DNA from: a virus
DNA length: 64,000 bases
Direction: 5' to 3' (one strand)
Virus record (IMG/VR): IMGVR_UViG_3300009593_000010
Coordinates: 1-64,000 of that record
Below the pieces are notes generated by a model. The model had not been told where the DNA came from, did not search any database, and saw only the letters and a program-made list of their open reading frames with translations. Below, in pieces: positions 26,697-36,404 of the stretch. The position numbers and the translations under genes were made by a program. Each line of letters starts with the position of its first letter. Positions within the stretch are counted from its first letter, which is position 1.

Positions 26697-26697
26697 C

Positions 26698-26928
26698 TTA
26701 TGTTATTCCATCTGGAAATGCACCACCAATTGTATCGTGGAACATTTGATCAATTAAAACTGTTCTGGCAAAGTCTATGATGTTTGCACCATGTGCTTTG
26801 TCTCCTGTGAATTTTGAAACCATTGTCATGTTGACTGGATTCAGTGCTTTAACAACATCGATGTCAGACATGTTCATTACATCTGTTGTGATGTTATCAG
26901 CAATTATATCGTTTGAAGGGTGACTCAT
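26698..26928 (-). CDS. Early hypothetical protein
   Basis: 76 aa; AAGGAG SD; directly after the early promoter. Confidence 0.75.
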   Translation of the reverse strand: MSHPSNDIIADNITTDVMNMSDIDVVKALNPVNMTMVSKFTGDKAHGANIIDFARTVLIDQMFHDTIGGAFPDGIT

Positions 26929-26966
26929 TTCTTTCTCCTTATTTTTATTATTACTCCCATGTACCT

Positions 26967-26996
26967 ATTATACACTTTTATGTACCCTTATGTCAA
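26967..26996 (-). promoter_or_regulatory. Early sigma70-type promoter with a GGGTACAT box
   Basis: Minus strand reads TTGACA-taagggtacataaaagtg-TATAAT (18 nt spacer). Confidence 0.8.
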
Positions 26997-27014
26997 TTCC
27001 TTATAAGTTTGGTG

Positions 27015-27022
27015 CATAAATA
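27015..27022 (+). promoter_or_regulatory. Late promoter variant CATAAATA
   Basis: 6 nt upstream of the gene 25 ATG. Confidence 0.6.
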
Positions 27023-27027
27023 ATAGT

Positions 27028-27450
27028 ATGGCACAAATGAATGTAACACCGAATAAGGGTAAAAATGTAGCACGAAAGTGGTATACTGATATCGATATTA
27101 ATTTAACTCCGCATCCATCTAATAATGACTTAGTATTAAAGTACGATAAAGAAGCAGTTAAACGATCCCTTAAAAACATACTACTAACTAATCATTACGA
27201 GAGACCCTTTAAACCTTCTTTGGGTGCAAACCTACAAGGAAGATTATTCCAGATGGACGATGAGTTTACTCGACAGGATATTGGTGATGACATTGCTAAG
27301 ACTATTCAGAAGTTTGAACCTCGTGTTAGATTATTTGAAATAGCATTTGGAGAAGTTGGAAGAAACGATTTAAATATTACTATTCATTATGAAGTTCAAG
27401 GAACTCCACAACCACAAGAATTAACAGTCCTATTAAAAAGAGTGAGATAA
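27028..27450 (+). CDS. gp25: Baseplate wedge gp25
   Basis: YTDID.NLTPHP, AVKRSLKNILLTNHYERPFKP, FEPRV. Confidence 0.92.
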   Translation: MAQMNVTPNKGKNVARKWYTDIDINLTPHPSNNDLVLKYDKEAVKRSLKNILLTNHYERPFKPSLGANLQGRLFQMDDEFTRQDIGDDIAKTIQKFEPRVRLFEIAFGEVGRNDLNITIHYEVQGTPQPQELTVLLKRVR

Positions 27451-27454
27451 TCAA

Positions 27455-29320
27455 ATGGCAATTAAAAGTAATCAAGTAAATATTACCGAATTAGATTTCG
27501 ATAATATATCAGCAAACCTTAAAGAATATCTTAAAGGACAAACTACATTAAAAGACTACGACTTTGAAGGAAGTAATCTAAGTATGTTATTAGACCTTCT
27601 AGCATACTCTTCACACCAATCAGCATTTAATGCTAACATGGTTGCATCCGAAATGTTTTTGGATACTGCACAAATCAGAAAGAATGTAGTTTCTCGTGCA
27701 AAGGAAATAGGGTATGTTCCGACCAGTGCATCTGCTAGTACAGCAGTCATTGATCTGCAAGTTAATAGTCCAAGTATAGGTGGGTCAACTCCTACCTCTT
27801 TAACTCTAAGTAGGGGTCATAAATTTACTACTAGTTTTGATGGAATCACATATCCATTTGTTGTATTAGACACACAAACAATCGGCCCTTCTAATGGAAT
27901 ATTTAAGTTCTCTAACCTAGAGATTCATCAAGGGTCTATGAACACCGATCTCTATAAGTACAATTCTCAGATACAGAACCAAAGATTTCCGATGACTGAG
28001 AGTGGTGTGGATACCACATCCGTCTCGATTACTGTGACTTCTGGGGAGAAGACTACTGCGTGGACTCAATCAAAAGACCTCAGTTCAGTTAACTCTAAGT
28101 CTACAGTTTGGTATGCCCAAGAAAATGATGAAGGATTCTTTGAAGTATATTTTGGAGATGGTAATGTCAGTGCAGAACCTTTAGATGGAGATACGATTAC
28201 TATATCATATTTGGTCACTAACGATAGTCATGCAAATGGTGCTAAGACCTTTTCCATGTCCGATAATATTTCTGGTAATTCAGATGTCACTATTACAGTA
28301 GGAATACCATCTACTGGTGGAAAGGGAAAGGAATCAATCGAGTCAATTAAATTTGCAGCCTCTAAGTTTTATACTTCTCAAAATAGATTAGTGACTGTAG
28401 ATGATTATAAAGCAAAACTCCAAACATTATATCCTGGCGCAGATTCAATTGCAGTCTGGGGTGGAGAAGATAATAATCCACCACAATATGGAAAGGTGTA
28501 TATTTCCATTAAACCTTCTCAGACAGTAAACACATTAACAACTACTGAGAAACAGAATTTAAAAACTGGTCTTAAAGCATTAAACATGTTAACAGTTAGA
28601 CCAGAGATTATAGATGCAGAGGTTATTGACATTGTAGTTAATTGTACATTTAAGTACAACCCTCGTGCAACTACTAAAACAAAAGGTGAATTAGAAACCA
28701 TTGCAAAGGCTGCTATTATTAATCACGATAGTACCTATTTGTCTGGGTTCGATTCAATATTCAGAATGTCTGTATTGCAATACGATATAGATAACTCTGA
28801 ATCAAGTATACTAAGTAATATAACAAACACCAAGTTAAGGAAATCCTTAACTCCAACATTGGGTACTTCTAAAGGGTACACAATAGAGTATGGTTCTGGT
28901 AATGGGTTCTACAATCCAAATACAGGATACAATAAAGATGGTGGTGGTATATTAGTCACTACAGGATTTGTCAACTCTGGAGATGCTTATACATCTTACT
29001 TTGATGATGATGGTAGTGGAAACCTCAGACGATATTATATGTCTGGGTCAACAAGAATTTATGCTGATTCCGAAGCAGGAACAGTTGACTACAGTAATGG
29101 TAAGATATCATTAAATGGTATCAATGTTGTAAGTACGGAAAATACTAACAACACAATTTACTTTACAGTAGTTCCGAATTCATATGATGCAGTTGCATTT
29201 AGAAGAAACCTTCTGGATATAAACACATCATTGATAAGTGTGACTGGAGTTTCAGACTCCATCGCATCTGGTGATACGAGTGCTGGAGTTGGGTACACCT
29301 CAACAAGTAGTCACTCCTAA
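27455..29320 (+). CDS. gp6: Baseplate wedge gp6
   Basis: ELDFDNI..NLK.YLK.Q...DYDFEGS, FLDTAQIR.NVVS.AK.IGY.P, QNRLVT..DY, WGGEDNNPPQYGKVYISIKP. Confidence 0.96.
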   Translation: MAIKSNQVNITELDFDNISANLKEYLKGQTTLKDYDFEGSNLSMLLDLLAYSSHQSAFNANMVASEMFLDTAQIRKNVVSRAKEIGYVPTSASASTAVIDLQVNSPSIGGSTPTSLTLSRGHKFTTSFDGITYPFVVLDTQTIGPSNGIFKFSNLEIHQGSMNTDLYKYNSQIQNQRFPMTESGVDTTSVSITVTSGEKTTAWTQSKDLSSVNSKSTVWYAQENDEGFFEVYFGDGNVSAEPLDGDTITISYLVTNDSHANGAKTFSMSDNISGNSDVTITVGIPSTGGKGKESIESIKFAASKFYTSQNRLVTVDDYKAKLQTLYPGADSIAVWGGEDNNPPQYGKVYISIKPSQTVNTLTTTEKQNLKTGLKALNMLTVRPEIIDAEVIDIVVNCTFKYNPRATTKTKGELETIAKAAIINHDSTYLSGFDSIFRMSVLQYDIDNSESSILSNITNTKLRKSLTPTLGTSKGYTIEYGSGNGFYNPNTGYNKDGGGILVTTGFVNSGDAYTSYFDDDGSGNLRRYYMSGSTRIYADSEAGTVDYSNGKISLNGINVVSTENTNNTIYFTVVPNSYDAVAFRRNLLDINTSLISVTGVSDSIASGDTSAGVGYTSTSSHS

Positions 29321-29399
29321 ACTATGATTCATGTATATGCATGAAGTAAAATTCCCTTTACAGGGTTTATATTAATGTCAATTTAGAGAGGACAAAAAA

Positions 29400-29870
29400 A
29401 TGGCAGATAAAAAAGTAACCGCCCTAACGGATTTAGGAACAGGGGTAGCGGGTGAAGACCTTCTACATGTAATAGACGACCCTTCTGGAACTCCAGTAAA
29501 CAAGAAAGTATCTATGAGTAATGTTTTAAATAATCTTCCAGATTATTTGGGTTTTAGTGCTAGTGCAGAAGCAGTTTCATTCACATCGAATGCAGCTACT
29601 GCTACAGCAGGTAAGTTTGCACACTATTTAACAATCAGTGGCTCAGGTACTGATGTGTTAACACTTCCAAATGGATCAACAGGACAAGTTAAGTTCATCG
29701 TTGTTGCAGTTGATGGTGGTGGTACAGGTGTTGAAGTAACACCTAATGGTACATTCACTGGTGGATCAAAGATCACATTTGCTGATGCTGGTGATTCATG
29801 TATAATGTTATACACTGGTGCAACTTATGGTTGGGTAGTATTATCTAACAATGGTGGAACAATCGCTTAA
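29400..29870 (+). CDS. Small virion structural protein between genes 6 and 7
   Basis: MADKKVTALTDL N terminus; beta-rich; GAGAGG SD. Confidence 0.7.
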   Translation: MADKKVTALTDLGTGVAGEDLLHVIDDPSGTPVNKKVSMSNVLNNLPDYLGFSASAEAVSFTSNAATATAGKFAHYLTISGSGTDVLTLPNGSTGQVKFIVVAVDGGGTGVEVTPNGTFTGGSKITFADAGDSCIMLYTGATYGWVVLSNNGGTIA

Positions 29871-29872
29871 TT

Positions 29873-32800
29873 ATGCCAATTCTTCACGACAGGATTAAAG
29901 ACCAACTACAGGAATTACTGCCAAACTTTATGGCAGAGGATGGTAGTGGGTTTACCACTTTCATGGAAGCCTATTTTGACTTCCTTGAAAAAGGTATTCT
30001 TGTCTATAAGGATGGTACAGTTTTAGAGACTGTTGGACTAGAGACTGGTGAGGGAAGTGTTATCCAAGAGGAAGGCACTTACTCACCTTCTCCAGTCGTC
30101 ACTACAAAATTCGTTTTAGAACGAAACTCTTCTACCGACATTGCTCAGACTGGTTCATTCGAGCCTGGGGAATATGTCGTTGGAAATACATCTGGTTCGA
30201 CTGCAAGAATCGATGTTATAGGAAATAATAATTCTAAACTCTACATTGAGTTATTTACTGAAGCACATTTCCTTCCAGATGAAACAGTTGTTGGTCAGAA
30301 CAGTGGATACACTGCAAAGGTTGACAACTTTAAGGGTAATGCCCTTATGGCTGCAAACAATCTACTCTCATATGCAGATGTAGATAAGACAACAGGATCA
30401 TTCTTAGATTTCTTTAGAGAGGACTTTATGCCCTCTATCGATTCTACAGTCCTTGCAGATAAAAGAATTCTTGCAAAACACATAAACGAGATATACTCTA
30501 CTAAAGGTAATCTCGCATCTTATTCTTTTCTTTTCCGAATACTATACGGAGAAGATATTACAATTGCATATCCAAGAGATAATGTAATTACTTCTTCTAA
30601 TTCTGGATGGAGTGAAACCGAACTTATACATTTATATTCTACTAAGAATCTATTGGATTATCCATTAGGTAGAGTCATAAAAAGAAATACAGCTTCCGAA
30701 ATAGTTACTGATATTCAAGTAGATAAAATGACTGGGGTGGACTCTGGTGAAGGAACAAATGTTTATGCCATTAGAATAGAGACTCCTTTTATTGGAACAC
30801 TATCCATAGGGGATGAAGTTGAAGTTCAATCAAGAGAGAATCCAGCAAAGTTCCACCTTGCAACAGTTCGTGGTGTTGTTGGAGATATCGATACATCTGA
30901 GGGTTCACTTTATATTAAACAAGAAAGTGGAACAGATGTTATTGCATCTGAGTCAGATAACACCGAAGGATTCTTATTAGAATCTGGTTCTCAATCAAGT
31001 AATAGAACAGACAACATATTATTACTAGAAGAAGGAACACAATCAAACAATACCATAAACGAAGTTCATGGTAAGACTCCAATTATGGTTAGGGAAACAG
31101 TCAACACTGTTAATACTGAAGCTGTAGTTGGTGGTGGTATGTATACAGAGGATGTAGATAAAGGTTCTTTGTATTCAGTATCAGATCAAGTCACAATTAA
31201 TTTACCATCCTCAGAACTTGGGGTTGGACTTCGTTCCAAAGCATTAGTTGGTTCCATAGAAGATGGTTCTTTAGATCAAATAATAGTTGATCCTTCTAAT
31301 AGAGGAGTGGGGTATTCTAATGGAGACCTTATTGTATTCGACAATAGAGATACAGGTGGTACTCTTGCATATGGTCATATAACATCTACCTCTGGTAATG
31401 TTATGTTAGAGGCTGGAACTACTTTTGGTGCATTGGAATATGTTGCAACTGCTGGTCAAGTAATATTTGATGGAGTAGATAGACATAACCATATGATGGT
31501 TTACGATCCAGAGAAGGTACAAGTATTTGTTAAACGATCAGACCAAACCGATTCAAACAATGGTGAAGTTTTCTCTTACTTTGAGGAAGTCACTGGACAA
31601 AATAATATTATACTTACTGGAACCAAAGTAACCTTTACAGGAACCTATGCACAAAGTGGACATGCAAATTATGTTGGTGGTGCTGGAACTGTAGTTCATA
31701 TCTATGCACAACCAGATGAAACCAATCTTACATTAGAAGATGGTGGTGCATTAATTTATGATCAATCTGGTGCTGATCCAACAGGTGCAATTGCAAAAGC
31801 AACAATATTCTCTGGTGGTGTTGGATATACAAGTCTACCTAAAGCATATGTTGGTGGAGAGATATTCTATACTGGGACTGCAACTACTCCAGACTTTCTT
31901 GTTGGGGAAAGTTTAGTAAATGCTGGTGGTGGAACTATTTGGGGTACTATCCTAGACCATGATGTAGAAGTTAGAAAACTAGTCGTTGCAAAAGAATCAA
32001 CCTCTTCTGTTAACACACAACCTTCTGTTGGTGACACAATTAAAGTAGTAAGGTCAACAGGTGATATAACTGCGATAGTTAAAAACTCAAATCTTACATT
32101 AGGTACATCTGCACAGGTAATGTCATTTGGTAAAGACATTGGAACCATTGGTAAGTTAAGAGTACAGGAAGAAGGAAACCACTTTAATAAATCTGGTGGT
32201 ATTCCAGACTATCCACATAAGATGATTATCTCTGCACCGAGTTCATCTCTAGTTGTTGCAACAACAGTGACAGGTGCTTTCTCTGGTGCAACAGGAACAA
32301 TCAAATCATACGATGGTGATCGACATCTACTAACACTAACAGGTGTTGTGGGTATGTTTAAAGAGGGAGAAATAGTAACAACCTCAGACAATAAAACCTA
32401 TACAGTATTAAGATCAAATCCAGCAACTGCAAGAGCAACTAATGTAGTTGTTGCAAAACTAGATGGAAACTATACAGACGATAAGGGATTCCCTTCTGTA
32501 ACATCTCAAAGAATTCATGACTCTCACTACTACCAAGACTTCTCATATGTCATTAAGGTAGGTGAGAGTATAAACAAATATCGTTCAATTGTCAAACAGT
32601 TATTGAACCCAGCAGGAACAATCTTCTTTGGAGAAGTGGCAGTTACTGCTAATATAGATTCTCGTGCAGACATCTATAATGCAAACTTTGACGGAACAAA
32701 AACTACAAGATCATTTATTCCAATTTTATATATTGGTTCTAAGATTGACCCAGTTAAAATTATACTGGAAGATGCAACAATAGATGGAAGTGCAGAAGAT

Positions 32801-34894
32801 ACATTCTATGGAACAAGTGATAATCTTGTTTTGGAGAATGGAGAAGGTATAATAACTTCTGAAAGATTCCTTGTTAATGATAGAATGAAATTAACATTAG
32901 AATTAGATTCAATGAGTCCTGCTGGTGCAAGAGATTTCACTATAGGTGAAACAGTATACCAGAATCAATTTAAAACTGAAAGTGGTGATTTAAGTACATT
33001 GAAGATGAAGGTTGTAGATAGAGAAAGAGATGGTGGTGGTAATTTAATTGCAGACCCATCATTTATAATTGTTGAAAACTTAATAACAGACAACACTGCA
33101 ATCAAACAATACTTATCAGAAGACCCAGTTAATCATTTATATCTTGATGGTAGTTATAATCATTATTCTGGTTGGGGTCTTCCAGTACCAAGTAAAGAGG
33201 CATGGCAGTCTAACCAAACATCTGAAAATGCATTACACTTGCCTTGGGGTATCGTAGGAGAATCTTCTGGTAAGAAAGCAGAGGTTAACTCAGTTGTAGC
33301 TGAAAATACTAAAACAGATCAAGGTTCTGGTCAAGGATTTATTGCTGGAACAGATGTTGTTGAGAGTGATGTAGGATTATACGACAGAATCATTCGTGCA
33401 AATGTGCAAGCAGGTGGACATAAGGTCTACAAACATTTAGATATCATGCCACACTATGCACACCATAGATTATATTATACCACATTAGATAATGCTTTGT
33501 CCATAGGAACATATGTAACTGGTGGAACTACGAATGTAACTGGTAGGGTAATGGAACATAATACCACTTCCAAGTATTTTGTGTTGTATACTGGTGACGA
33601 TAAGACAAGAGGTCAGGCAGGACTATTTACAACAGAAGCAATAAAGGTTGGTTCTACAACTCATTTCACTGCAACAAAAGTAGAAAGTCATTATCCATTT
33701 GAAGAAGACCCAATAGAAAGAGTACAAACCTCTGAACCAACTGCCGTTTCTGGTGCAACTGCATCCGAAGGTGGTGGTCAGACATTCTTACATGCAAATG
33801 TAATAGGTGGGTTTCATGGTAGAGGTAAAACATTATCTACTGCCGAAGGTAATGAGTTCTACGACACTGCAACAAAACAAAGAACTAAGAATGTTATTGT
33901 GACTCAAACCTTTGCAAGTGCAAACACTAAATCTGGTAGAACTTTGCTACCAGTCCCATCAAGTAAAGAAGATACAAACCAACAAGGGTTAAGAGGGCAG
34001 AGTGCATTCACAACCCTTCTAAGAACAGGTGGTTTGGAATGGGGTGAAACAATAAAGAGTGCTGGTAGAGATTCTATTATAAACAATCATAATGTTGATT
34101 CGTTTAGAAGTGTTTCAGATAATAGTAATTGGAACAGTTATGACCATCATGGTTTACAATCTGGAATAGGACATTTACCAATTCCATCTGATGCGAAAAG
34201 GATTAACTCTGTCATCATAGGGAAAGAAGAAACTTTGATTGCAGAAAATGGGGATAGGTTGGTTATGGAACCAGATCAAGGATACTTGATGATAGAACCA
34301 CAACCAGAACAATACAACTCAACCATAACAACCGATGGAAAACAATATTGGGGTAATGGTTGGACTGTAGACCCAACAGAAGAATTAACAATGGAAGATG
34401 GAAGTAAAATCCATCTTGAGGATGCTACAGAGGCGGAAGTCGTTGGAGTATTCGTGACAGAAAGAACACCGAACTTTGCATCTATGTTTATCAACCATGA
34501 AGATCATGGTAGGATAATATATGAAGATGGTAGTTCATTAGTACAGGAAGAAGCTGAAAGTGTAGTAGGTGTAGAACATCAAGGTCTAGGCACAACACTT
34601 GGAGACCTTTCTAAAATAGGATTTTCTTCAACTTTACAGTTTGAAGAAAGGATAAGACAAGAATCTGGAAATGCAGCTAGTTATACAGGTGGTATTAATA
34701 CTGAATCTGGTAAGGGTGATAATATCCTTATGGAACATGTTGCTGGCAGACTCTTGGAAGAGGCTCCATATAATGGGGTCTCAATTAGTGATATAAGTAA
34801 TCTATATGGTAGTTTACCTATATCTGAATTAGATAAAATGAGTGGTATTCAAACGAACTTAACTTTTTCTGCGTCAATTCAATCTGGTGCATAG
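29873..34894 (+). CDS. gp7: Baseplate wedge initiator gp7
   Basis: QLPNF...F..FMEAYFDFLE, IY.TKG..ASY.FLFRILYGE, RIHDSHYYQDFSYVIK, LLNPAG. Confidence 0.88.
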   Translation: MPILHDRIKDQLQELLPNFMAEDGSGFTTFMEAYFDFLEKGILVYKDGTVLETVGLETGEGSVIQEEGTYSPSPVVTTKFVLERNSSTDIAQTGSFEPGEYVVGNTSGSTARIDVIGNNNSKLYIELFTEAHFLPDETVVGQNSGYTAKVDNFKGNALMAANNLLSYADVDKTTGSFLDFFREDFMPSIDSTVLADKRILAKHINEIYSTKGNLASYSFLFRILYGEDITIAYPRDNVITSSNSGWSETELIHLYSTKNLLDYPLGRVIKRNTASEIVTDIQVDKMTGVDSGEGTNVYAIRIETPFIGTLSIGDEVEVQSRENPAKFHLATVRGVVGDIDTSEGSLYIKQESGTDVIASESDNTEGFLLESGSQSSNRTDNILLLEEGTQSNNTINEVHGKTPIMVRETVNTVNTEAVVGGGMYTEDVDKGSLYSVSDQVTINLPSSELGVGLRSKALVGSIEDGSLDQIIVDPSNRGVGYSNGDLIVFDNRDTGGTLAYGHITSTSGNVMLEAGTTFGALEYVATAGQVIFDGVDRHNHMMVYDPEKVQVFVKRSDQTDSNNGEVFSYFEEVTGQNNIILTGTKVTFTGTYAQSGHANYVGGAGTVVHIYAQPDETNLTLEDGGALIYDQSGADPTGAIAKATIFSGGVGYTSLPKAYVGGEIFYTGTATTPDFLVGESLVNAGGGTIWGTILDHDVEVRKLVVAKESTSSVNTQPSVGDTIKVVRSTGDITAIVKNSNLTLGTSAQVMSFGKDIGTIGKLRVQEEGNHFNKSGGIPDYPHKMIISAPSSSLVVATTVTGAFSGATGTIKSYDGDRHLLTLTGVVGMFKEGEIVTTSDNKTYTVLRSNPATARATNVVVAKLDGNYTDDKGFPSVTSQRIHDSHYYQDFSYVIKVGESINKYRSIVKQLLNPAGTIFFGEVAVTANIDSRADIYNANFDGTKTTRSFIPILYIGSKIDPVKIILEDATIDGSAEDTFYGTSDNLVLENGEGIITSERFLVNDRMKLTLELDSMSPAGARDFTIGETVYQNQFKTESGDLSTLKMKVVDRERDGGGNLIADPSFIIVENLITDNTAIKQYLSEDPVNHLYLDGSYNHYSGWGLPVPSKEAWQSNQTSENALHLPWGIVGESSGKKAEVNSVVAENTKTDQGSGQGFIAGTDVVESDVGLYDRIIRANVQAGGHKVYKHLDIMPHYAHHRLYYTTLDNALSIGTYVTGGTTNVTGRVMEHNTTSKYFVLYTGDDKTRGQAGLFTTEAIKVGSTTHFTATKVESHYPFEEDPIERVQTSEPTAVSGATASEGGGQTFLHANVIGGFHGRGKTLSTAEGNEFYDTATKQRTKNVIVTQTFASANTKSGRTLLPVPSSKEDTNQQGLRGQSAFTTLLRTGGLEWGETIKSAGRDSIINNHNVDSFRSVSDNSNWNSYDHHGLQSGIGHLPIPSDAKRINSVIIGKEETLIAENGDRLVMEPDQGYLMIEPQPEQYNSTITTDGKQYWGNGWTVDPTEELTMEDGSKIHLEDATEAEVVGVFVTERTPNFASMFINHEDHGRIIYEDGSSLVQEEAESVVGVEHQGLGTTLGDLSKIGFSSTLQFEERIRQESGNAASYTGGINTESGKGDNILMEHVAGRLLEEAPYNGVSISDISNLYGSLPISELDKMSGIQTNLTFSASIQSGA

Positions 34895-34900
34895 AAGTCG

Positions 34901-34908
34901 TATAAATA
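34901..34908 (+). promoter_or_regulatory. T4 late promoter
   Basis: TATAAATA upstream of gene 8. Confidence 0.75.
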
Positions 34909-34956
34909 CTATTAGAGTAAATTAAAATAACCAATTTTATAACGAGGAATTAAAAA

Positions 34957-36393
34957 ATGGCAGCGATTATTACAGAAAAATTTCGTTTGCACAATGCAAA
35001 GCAATTTCGTGAAGTTGCTGGGGATGCTGGGGAAGACATGTACATGTTCATTGGTAGACCATCTGCATGGACAGACGACACAAACCCAGACACACCAGTC
35101 GATTCGTTAAAGGACGAATACGATGCATATGCGAACATGGTAGCTCTCAAAAAGATTGCGAGTACCGATGTAAGTCATGCCATAGTCAGACGAGACTGGA
35201 CAAGTGGAACAGTATATGATGAGTATAGACATAATTATACTTCATCTAACACATCTAATAGTGGTGCATCAACTTTATGGGCATCTACTTTCTATGTGTT
35301 AACAGACGACTATAATGTCTATAAGTGTATATCAAATAACAATGGTGGTACATCTACACAGAAACCAACTCACACTACAGTTGCAATAGTAACTGAATCA
35401 GATTCATACAAGTGGAAATACATGTATTCTATATCTGCATCAGAAGTTATTAAATTTGTAACATCAGATTTTATCCCAGTAAAAACACTAGGTGCTTTAG
35501 AAGCAGTTGCTGGTGACTTGGGTGGTTTGACTGTAGCAGGTGCTGACGACAACTCTGCACAATGGGATGTTGAAGCAGGTGCAGTACATGGAAGAATTGA
35601 ACATATCAGAATGACTGCTGGTGGTTCTGGATATTCAACTCCTGGCTCATACACAGTTGCAATAGGTGGAGACGGAAGTAGTGCAACAGCAACTATAGTA
35701 GTATCTGGTGGTGCAGTAACTTCTGCAACACTACTTGCACAAGGAACTGGATATACTACTGGTGCAATTGACAATACAGTATTACAAGCACAGGCAGGAA
35801 GTGGAACAGGTGCAACATTTGATGTTGTAATAAGTCCTATGAATGGACATGGTGCAGACCCAGTTGAAGAACTAGGTGGAAACTATATTATAGTAAACTC
35901 AAGACTTGAGTATGCTGAAGGTTCTGGTGACTTCCCAACTGATAACGATTTTAGGCAAATAGGTCTTATTGTAAACCCAACAAATAAAGGAACTAACACT
36001 TTATCATCTGCAGCCACATTGAGTGCAACAAATGCGTTCACAATGGCAAGTGGTGCAACTATGCCTGCAATAGATGATAAGATTAGAAACACTGCATCTC
36101 TAACAGCAAGTTCTGCTGCTGGAATAGTAGTTTCTGTAGACTCAACAAACAGAATAATCTCTTACCTACCATCAACTGGTAGTACAGGACTTTATGCTGA
36201 TTTTGCAAATGCAGATACAATCAGAAGTTCAGCTGGAACATCGTTAGGAACTATTACTGCTGGTACAGGGATTGATACTACTAGACCAGAGGTTGCTAGA
36301 AATTCTGGGGATATTGTTTACCTAGAAAATCGTGGTGCAGTTGCTAGGGCAGCTGACCAGATCGAGGATATCAAATTAATCATAGAAATGTAG
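34957..36393 (+). CDS. gp8: Baseplate wedge gp8
   Basis: MAAIITEKFR..NA..F, YMFIGRP.AW, RRDW.SG, VYKCI.N, YKWKYMY, GHGADPVEELG, DFRQIGLI.NP, EDIKLIIE. Confidence 0.93.
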   Translation: MAAIITEKFRLHNAKQFREVAGDAGEDMYMFIGRPSAWTDDTNPDTPVDSLKDEYDAYANMVALKKIASTDVSHAIVRRDWTSGTVYDEYRHNYTSSNTSNSGASTLWASTFYVLTDDYNVYKCISNNNGGTSTQKPTHTTVAIVTESDSYKWKYMYSISASEVIKFVTSDFIPVKTLGALEAVAGDLGGLTVAGADDNSAQWDVEAGAVHGRIEHIRMTAGGSGYSTPGSYTVAIGGDGSSATATIVVSGGAVTSATLLAQGTGYTTGAIDNTVLQAQAGSGTGATFDVVISPMNGHGADPVEELGGNYIIVNSRLEYAEGSGDFPTDNDFRQIGLIVNPTNKGTNTLSSAATLSATNAFTMASGATMPAIDDKIRNTASLTASSAAGIVVSVDSTNRIISYLPSTGSTGLYADFANADTIRSSAGTSLGTITAGTGIDTTRPEVARNSGDIVYLENRGAVARAADQIEDIKLIIEM

Positions 36394-36404
36394 GATAACT
36401 AACA

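Noticed and set aside
29326-29366. Hairpins TTCATG-tatatg-CATGAA and CCCT/AGGG between gene 6 and the next gene
   Set aside because: Short and AT-rich with no U tract; possibly a processing site but not supportable from the sequence alone
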